DNA of 64,000 nucleotides from positions 64,001-128,000 of the forward strand of contig CAZYIM010000001.1 of NCBI GenBank assembly GCA_964647565.1, read 5' to 3'. Position numbers and translations under genes: made by a program. The DNA is from an uncultured Methanosarcinales archaeon (lineage in GTDB: Archaea; Nanobdellota; Nanobdellia; Woesearchaeales; CAZYIM01). Positions 58,181 through 64,000 of the stretch are shown in pieces; the stretch's first letter is position 1, and the number at the start of each line of letters is the position of its first letter. The notes under the pieces are model-generated. The model saw nothing but the letters and a program-made list of their open reading frames with translations, ran no database searches and was not told the origin of the DNA.

Positions 58181-58615
58181 ATGAATGTACAAGAATCTGC
58201 AATAGATACCTATGTAAGAAAGATCATTCCAGAATACAATATTTCTGCTTTAAAGATTGAAGAAAAACCTGAAGATATAAGCCTACATCTTCATGCTAAG
58301 AGACAGCATAAAATGTGGTCCAGCATGTGGGGACCGACCAAGCTAAAACAAGCCCTGGACTCTGCAGGATTACCTTATAATATAGGTCATGGAAATATTT
58401 GCTGTACTTTATATAATGGAAAATCTGATGAATTGGGAAACTTCAGTCTGCAGGCAAAATGGGGAGCAGATCTATTCTTTACACCTGTACCCATACATGT
58501 TGGTGGCGGCCCTTCTTTTTACGACACTTTCTGCCTGAAGATTGAGAATGCAAGAAACGTTCAGGAAGTCAAGAAGTTAGTTGGTATTGTCAAGGATATG
58601 GTTGTTAAAAAATAA
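58181..58615 (+). CDS. Hypothetical protein
   Basis: AGGTGG RBS; TATA near 58139. Confidence 0.65.
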   Translation: MNVQESAIDTYVRKIIPEYNISALKIEEKPEDISLHLHAKRQHKMWSSMWGPTKLKQALDSAGLPYNIGHGNICCTLYNGKSDELGNFSLQAKWGADLFFTPVPIHVGGGPSFYDTFCLKIENARNVQEVKKLVGIVKDMVVKK

Positions 58616-58627
58616 GCTGGCATATTT

Positions 58628-59374
58628 TCATCTGAGATTTATTGGAAAGTACTTGCCATTCGCATGATCGAGTTTTACTATCTGCTCTTCGATCTGCCTT
58701 ATCTTGGGTTCGATGACTGCTATTATGAATCCATCTCTTAATGTTTCCATATTATTAGAATAAATCTCATTAGCAAGTTCACAATGAGCACTGTCAATAG
58801 AGTTAGGGTTAAAAAAAAGTTTGCCCCATTTAGTCTGAGCAAGTTTGATATGATCTTTGGTATGATCCAGGACATTGAACTCAGGTTGCATTTTCAACTT
58901 ATTTCCTTGATTGTCATAACCAATGAAAATTTCATCGACACCCTCGTCAACTGCTGAGAAGAGCAGTCCATATTTATTCTTGACAAGCACATTAAGGCTC
59001 TTATACCTAAGTTCTTCACTATCTAACCTCTCCTTTTGTTCAAGCAACTCCAGATCAACGTTATTACCTGAATAAGGATCAATATAATCGATAAATTTTG
59101 TGTTGCCAAATGCTTCAGTTAGACTGTCTGCAAATTCATCCATGTATTCTATTATCATAGAGGAAACTGGCGCCTTGGTTTGGCAAAGTTCTCTTAACTG
59201 TTCGACACTCTCAGTCAGCTCATACCTTTTGAACTGATAGTCAGAAGCGAGCTCACGCAAAGGAGTTTTCTTTTCACTCTTTGTATTATGCCGAGAATTA
59301 TCACTGGCGACACCATAAGCTAGCAAGATAATTGAACAAATCGTAGTTAGGATCTTTTTCTTAGTCAATGCCAT
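58628..59374 (-). CDS. Hypothetical exported or membrane-anchored protein
   Basis: N-terminal KKK + hydrophobic segment. Confidence 0.7.
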   Translation of the reverse strand: MALTKKKILTTICSIILLAYGVASDNSRHNTKSEKKTPLRELASDYQFKRYELTESVEQLRELCQTKAPVSSMIIEYMDEFADSLTEAFGNTKFIDYIDPYSGNNVDLELLEQKERLDSEELRYKSLNVLVKNKYGLLFSAVDEGVDEIFIGYDNQGNKLKMQPEFNVLDHTKDHIKLAQTKWGKLFFNPNSIDSAHCELANEIYSNNMETLRDGFIIAVIEPKIRQIEEQIVKLDHANGKYFPINLR

Positions 59375-59394
59375 GATGTCACCGGAATAAAAAA

Positions 59395-60075
59395 TTAAGC
59401 TGCGCCTGCTGGATTTTTTGAATCTTCTTTTTTCTCAGGATTATGTTTAACGAGATTAGACATTCTCGAATACAAGGAGTCCTTTATTTCTATAAGACCA
59501 ATAACAGGTTCAGAATCTTTTCCAGTATCATCCTTGTTCATAAAATTTTTAATTTCCCGAGCAATCAATCCACCTGCAATTGAACTAAGCATCCTCCTTT
59601 CTGGTAAAAGATGGGATCTTAAGAAAGGATGCGTATAACGCTCACACACAATTGGCCCGCCAAATAGAAGATCTTGATTCCATTTAATATTTTCCAATTC
59701 TAAGTATGGATTCATCTGTACAAGCACATGATTATCATATCCCCTTTCTTCTCTTTTTGCAACAGTCTCGGGATCTTCTACGCCGTGCCGCTTTAGAGCC
59801 ATGTTCACAAATACAAAGTCTCCTCTTGTACCGTGCTGCTCGTATTTTTCGAGAGTCTCCATAACTCCAGCATCGTTCATGTCGTTTCTCAGGTGGTCTC
59901 TTTGAGTTCCTTTTTCCATAGCAGAGTTGATGGTCTTGGCCCTTCTCAGCTTCTTGAAGGTCCATCCGACATTTGCACCATGAAGAAAATTACCTATAGC
60001 CTGGTAAAAATTATTTGTATTATCTACTCTTGATTTCAATCCCAAATCTTTTTTATGGTTATACATTAATTCCAC
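59395..60075 (-). CDS. Hypothetical protein
   Basis: Operon member. Confidence 0.7.
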   Translation of the reverse strand: MELMYNHKKDLGLKSRVDNTNNFYQAIGNFLHGANVGWTFKKLRRAKTINSAMEKGTQRDHLRNDMNDAGVMETLEKYEQHGTRGDFVFVNMALKRHGVEDPETVAKREERGYDNHVLVQMNPYLELENIKWNQDLLFGGPIVCERYTHPFLRSHLLPERRMLSSIAGGLIAREIKNFMNKDDTGKDSEPVIGLIEIKDSLYSRMSNLVKHNPEKKEDSKNPAGAA

Positions 60076-60080
60076 CTCAA

Positions 60081-60689
60081 TTATTTTGTTTTATTATTGT
60101 CACACTTGTATTCTGGGAAGATTCTCTGGACATCCTGCATAGTTTGTTTTTCATGCATATCCCTGATTCTTTTTTCAGATACTAAGTCTATATTCCCTTT
60201 TTTGGATTGTTTTTTTGCTGCATCATATCTTTCAATTGCATTTATTTGTTTTTCCCGAGCAGCCATATAGTTTTTAGCAGTTTTGAATTCTGATCTTACA
60301 GCTTCATCAAAAGTTTCAACTTCGCCTTCATGAGAAAAGAGACTTTTATAGAATTCTAGTTGGCCTTTGAAAGCATCAAATTCAGCGTCTATTACAGGTT
60401 GATATTGTTCAATATTTTGAAAAGTTCCTGCATGATGATTACTAACCACTGTTGCCCGGACAGCAGTATCATCAATTTCCGCGTCTTTAAATTGATAAGC
60501 TGCTTCTATGATATGTTTTTGTTTTTCAAAAACAATATCTCGATAATTTTTTTTGTTTAACTTTATCGCTCTATAAATAAGATTTATAGCTAGAAATACA
60601 GGGCTATGTGTGTTGAGTTTCGCCCATGTATCATTGTGTTTTTGTCTTTCAATATCAATAACATCCTCAAGTAATGCCATATTTTCCAC
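60081..60689 (-). CDS. Hypothetical helical protein
   Basis: Operon member. Confidence 0.7.
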   Translation of the reverse strand: MENMALLEDVIDIERQKHNDTWAKLNTHSPVFLAINLIYRAIKLNKKNYRDIVFEKQKHIIEAAYQFKDAEIDDTAVRATVVSNHHAGTFQNIEQYQPVIDAEFDAFKGQLEFYKSLFSHEGEVETFDEAVRSEFKTAKNYMAAREKQINAIERYDAAKKQSKKGNIDLVSEKRIRDMHEKQTMQDVQRIFPEYKCDNNKTK

Positions 60690-60694
60690 CTCGT

Positions 60695-60943
60695 TTATTT
60701 TATAGAATATGCAAATATGCCTCGTTTAGATTTAATGACTCCGCTAACACCTTCGGAAGTTTTCACTTCATTTAAAGTAGCATCAGCTCCAAAGACATGC
60801 TGAATAAGGGCTGGGTCACAAGGGTCTGCAGCTGCTGCCTGCGGCCCGAACATGCCTCCAACACAATACATTCTATCACGCATCTTTTTTTGGAGCTGTT
60901 CCATAGCTTCAGGATTTTTTAATATATCATAGTTAGGTGTCAT
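60695..60943 (-). CDS. Hypothetical protein
   Basis: First gene after operator/TATA at 60969-61010. Confidence 0.65.
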   Translation of the reverse strand: MTPNYDILKNPEAMEQLQKKMRDRMYCVGGMFGPQAAAADPCDPALIQHVFGADATLNEVKTSEGVSGVIKSKRGIFAYSIK

Positions 60944-61041
60944 TTTAGTCTATTTATGGATTTGCTAGTATATAAATGTTTCGGTTTTTTACCACTATTT
61001 AGTGATGAAAAGGTTAATTTTAAAAAGGACAAAGGCCTTCT

Positions 61042-61590
61042 ATGGCCATAATGAGCGAGAAAAAGCTAACTATGGCCGAAATCAAGCATGTCATAGATTC
61101 TAACAATACAAGACACGTGAAGAGATTCATGAGGGAAAACTTCCCGACCATAGAGAATCTGGAGAACTGGAAACATCTTGAAGAGATCAAACTAAAGGAG
61201 ATCTGGGTCGGCGTCAGTCTGGAATATCTCTATCCAGATCGACATACTTCAACCCCCATTGATGACTTGGAAAGAGTGCTGCCTGGCGGAAAAAGAGGAT
61301 TACCAGACATACAATGGGAGCCTGTTGTGCACATGCATTACGAGGCATTCACCCAAAGCGAGGATTTCTATGCCCATCTTTGGACTCTGCAAGCAGAAGA
61401 CCAACTTATAAGAGAAGGCATCGTCGATAGGAGAGGGGAATTAAGGAGTCTTTTCCAGGGCTGCACAGTATATCCCAGTTATGCAATGAGAGATTACAAA
61501 AAAATGAACTTCAGGTGCGCCAGGGACATAATCAAAGACGGTTGCCTGGATGTCCAGCTCAAAGTCTACAAGGCATGGCAGACCAACTAA
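61042..61590 (+). CDS. Hypothetical protein
   Basis: 182-aa ORF divergent from the 60943 operon. Confidence 0.7.
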   Translation: MAIMSEKKLTMAEIKHVIDSNNTRHVKRFMRENFPTIENLENWKHLEEIKLKEIWVGVSLEYLYPDRHTSTPIDDLERVLPGGKRGLPDIQWEPVVHMHYEAFTQSEDFYAHLWTLQAEDQLIREGIVDRRGELRSLFQGCTVYPSYAMRDYKKMNFRCARDIIKDGCLDVQLKVYKAWQTN

Positions 61591-61633
61591 ATTTCAATAA
61601 AGCTTAAATAAAACAAACCATTAAAATTTGAAA

Positions 61634-62578
61634 ATGAAAACTTCACAATTCATAAAGTCAATGATCAGCTATTTTGCAAAGACAGTTCCAGGTTCAATTG
61701 TAAGCACAGTAACTAAAAAACAACCTGAACTGGAAGAAAATGAGTATATTGCAGACCTGCACGCACACCCCTATATTGTGAAGGAAAAAGACTTGATAGA
61801 CACCTTGGACATAATGGCGGACAATAATGTCAGCTTGCTGTCCATAACCAGCCACGGCCAGGGCCATAGCAATGAATGCGACCTGAATATGGCCAAGCAG
61901 ATTCTAAAATATACAGATTTTGCTAAAAATACTGATTATTTAGAGCTAGAAAATTCTATTCATCTTAACCATCGCGGAAAACAACTCACACTTATAGGCG
62001 GATTCGAGTATAGCCTGGCTGTTGAAGGTATAAAAGGCAAGATGGATTTTATTGCGCTTATGCCTGACCCGGAGTTTGATAGAAGTCTTGATCCGAAGTT
62101 TGTGACTTTTGAGCAATTCATATCTGCCAGCCAGGAATATAATGCAATAACCATGGCAGCACATCCCTACACACTCTCAGACCCTTACGGCCCATTCGGC
62201 TTTTTCAAGTTTAGATTGGCAGATCAAAAAGAAAGGGAGATAATCAGAGATAATGTTTTTCCAAATGTAGATACTGCAGACCTGGTGGCATCCAACTGTG
62301 CATGGATGGTCTATAGCAATGAACAGGTTGAAGAAGACTATCACGGCAAGCCATTGACTAATTCAGACACTCATGGAGTAAATCACTACACCAGAAAAGA
62401 GATCGGCAGGGCAGGCAACATATTTTCATTTCCCAGAGAAAAAAGCGATGAAGCCCTCTTAAGAGAAAAACTACATGAAAATATCAAGCTTGGAAACTTC
62501 AGGTCTTATCTCAACTATACCCCGTCTCTGCAGTTCATTACAGGTGTTGCCTTCAACAAGCTTATGGTGCGACGCTAA
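61634..62578 (+). CDS. PHP-domain metallophosphoesterase-like protein
   Basis: ADLHAH; ITSH; GFE; AAHPY; NSDTH. Confidence 0.8.
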   Translation: MKTSQFIKSMISYFAKTVPGSIVSTVTKKQPELEENEYIADLHAHPYIVKEKDLIDTLDIMADNNVSLLSITSHGQGHSNECDLNMAKQILKYTDFAKNTDYLELENSIHLNHRGKQLTLIGGFEYSLAVEGIKGKMDFIALMPDPEFDRSLDPKFVTFEQFISASQEYNAITMAAHPYTLSDPYGPFGFFKFRLADQKEREIIRDNVFPNVDTADLVASNCAWMVYSNEQVEEDYHGKPLTNSDTHGVNHYTRKEIGRAGNIFSFPREKSDEALLREKLHENIKLGNFRSYLNYTPSLQFITGVAFNKLMVRR

Positions 62579-62913
62579 ACAGCAGGTCTATTTGGCTCAA
62601 CAACCTTAATCTCAATTGACTCTGTAGGTATTAGCTGGGTCTTGCCTTTTTCTACAACCATAGGTCTTCTCTTGACAAGTTTGAAATAACCTTCATTTAT
62701 TGCAAAGAGATCCTTCTTATTATCAACCAAATCACCCATTCCTCGCATGAACTTAGGAACATTGTCTGATTTCCATATGTAGATAGATGTATGATAGTAT
62801 TGGTGGCCTGTGTCATACTCGCTGTTCATCTTAGCCTCATGGATCTCTATTCCACTATGAGAAAGCTGCCTCATCACAGTCATGCCAAGATCAGGGGGAT
62901 TGTATTGTTCCAT
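62575..62913 (-). CDS. Hypothetical protein
   Basis: 112-aa ORF. Confidence 0.55.
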   Translation of the reverse strand: MEQYNPPDLGMTVMRQLSHSGIEIHEAKMNSEYDTGHQYYHTSIYIWKSDNVPKFMRGMGDLVDNKKDLFAINEGYFKLVKRRPMVVEKGKTQLIPTESIEIKVVEPNRPAV

Positions 62914-63006
62914 TTTATTCTAATAAAACTTCAGTTTTTCTTAAGTCTTTCTGTTTTAGTCTTCAAAAGGGCAAATATTATTAAATTCAAGCTCATTTCC
63001 TATTTT

Positions 63007-63681
63007 ATGCAGGATTTTCATCGATTGGTCAAAGAGGCTTTGGAAGAGGACAGAGTCAAGAATTTTCTAAAAGACTGGAATGCAGACAAGAACATAAAGC
63101 TATCTCTTTCTCCCGCATATGTACATATAAAAAAAAATGCATTTTTCAAGGACACCAGCGGAGTCAACTCTTTGCAGCACATCTATCAAAGAAGCAAACA
63201 GACCAATGATGAGATTGCCTTCACAGCCATCTTTGATCCAGATTTCCTGACTATCCACGAGATCATCAAGGGAAGAACAGGCGACAGCAATGCTTGCGAC
63301 TGGAACAAAGGAAACCTTCTCAAGGAATCCTATAAACAGGCGGATATTGTCAGGTACAAGGTCATGCTCTGCCATACACATCCAAAGAAGAAATGGACAA
63401 ATGGCAAGCCTAAGCCATATGGAGCAATATGTTCTAAGATCAAGTGGACAAAAAAAGATTTAAAAGCAGTTCATGATGACGGTATTGCCAAGAAGATGCT
63501 TGATACAGGCATCTATAAGACATATGGCGGGGATTATTGTGAGATGTACATGAGGGCAAAAGAAGAAGAAAAAGTCTGTGACCATTTTCTTATCATAAGC
63601 CCCAGATGCAATCAACTCGGAATTTTTAAAATCAAATCTAAAGGTAGAGTGGTCTATCATCCCTGGATATTGATAGATTAA
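63007..63681 (+). CDS. Possible JAB/MPN-like metalloprotein
   Basis: E (NDEIAF)...CHTHP...S...D; FLIISP strand; start set at ATG 63007. Confidence 0.5.
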   Translation: MQDFHRLVKEALEEDRVKNFLKDWNADKNIKLSLSPAYVHIKKNAFFKDTSGVNSLQHIYQRSKQTNDEIAFTAIFDPDFLTIHEIIKGRTGDSNACDWNKGNLLKESYKQADIVRYKVMLCHTHPKKKWTNGKPKPYGAICSKIKWTKKDLKAVHDDGIAKKMLDTGIYKTYGGDYCEMYMRAKEEEKVCDHFLIISPRCNQLGIFKIKSKGRVVYHPWILID

Positions 63682-63692
63682 AAAAAGAAAAA

Positions 63693-64000
63693 TTACATGC
63701 CTGGAGGCATACCGCCCATTCCAGGAGGAGGCATTCCACCTGGTGGCATACCGCCACCGCCGCCCATGCTGTCGCCTGCTATGACATCATCAATCCTTAA
63801 TATCATAATTGCAACTTCTGAAGCACTTGAGACTGCCTGGGTCTTGATCTTTAATGGCTCTATGACACCTGATTTCCATGCATCCATTGCCTTGCCTGTA
63901 AAGACATTCACTCCAGCCCACTTCTGTCCTTTATCATGAGCTGCTTTAAGTTCTGTCAGGACATCGATTGGGTCAAGGCCTGCGTTTTCTGCCAAGGTCC
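63693..64000 (-). CDS. ths: Thermosome (group II chaperonin) subunit, C-terminal part (runs off the window)
   Basis: [38 protein letters not shown] tail. Confidence 0.95.
   Translation of the reverse strand, partial: TLAENAGLDPIDVLTELKAAHDKGQKWAGVNVFTGKAMDAWKSGVIEPLKIKTQAVSSASEVAIMILRIDDVIAGDSMGGGGGMPPGGMPPPGMGGMPPGM

Noticed and set aside
63693..63770. GC-rich low-complexity repeats
   Set aside because: Normal GGM/PPGM chaperonin tail

Overview
Archaeal chromosomal segment, most likely from a DPANN/Woesearchaeota-type organism. This rests on a group II chaperonin C-terminus, an archaeal-type IleS, a Hel308-like helicase, TrmB/Lrp regulators, an intron-containing tRNA-Ser, BRE/TATA promoters and many orphan genes; the lineage call is inference. 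0-15 kb is a metal and oxidative-stress cluster (PadR, ArsM, CopZ/CopA, DsbA, rubrerythrins, Trx system, desulfoferrodoxin). The rest is housekeeping and orphan genes plus two toxin-antitoxin pairs. Highlights: (1) an unannotated 21-codon Ile-rich leader peptide with alternative RNA helices directly upstream of ileS, resembling ribosome-mediated attenuation in an archaeon; (2) a tandem array of 7 divergent paralogues that all carry a C-terminal IPTIE, with near-identical DNA junctions; (3) a palindromic TTTTACCACT-N4-AGTGGTAAAA-like motif at a near-fixed distance upstream of 8 TATA boxes, mostly of orphan genes; (4) small hairpin-rich elements, two lying between duplicated 3' ends of tRNA-Ser and ileS. 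All calls come from reading the sequence; no database searches or folding programs were run.
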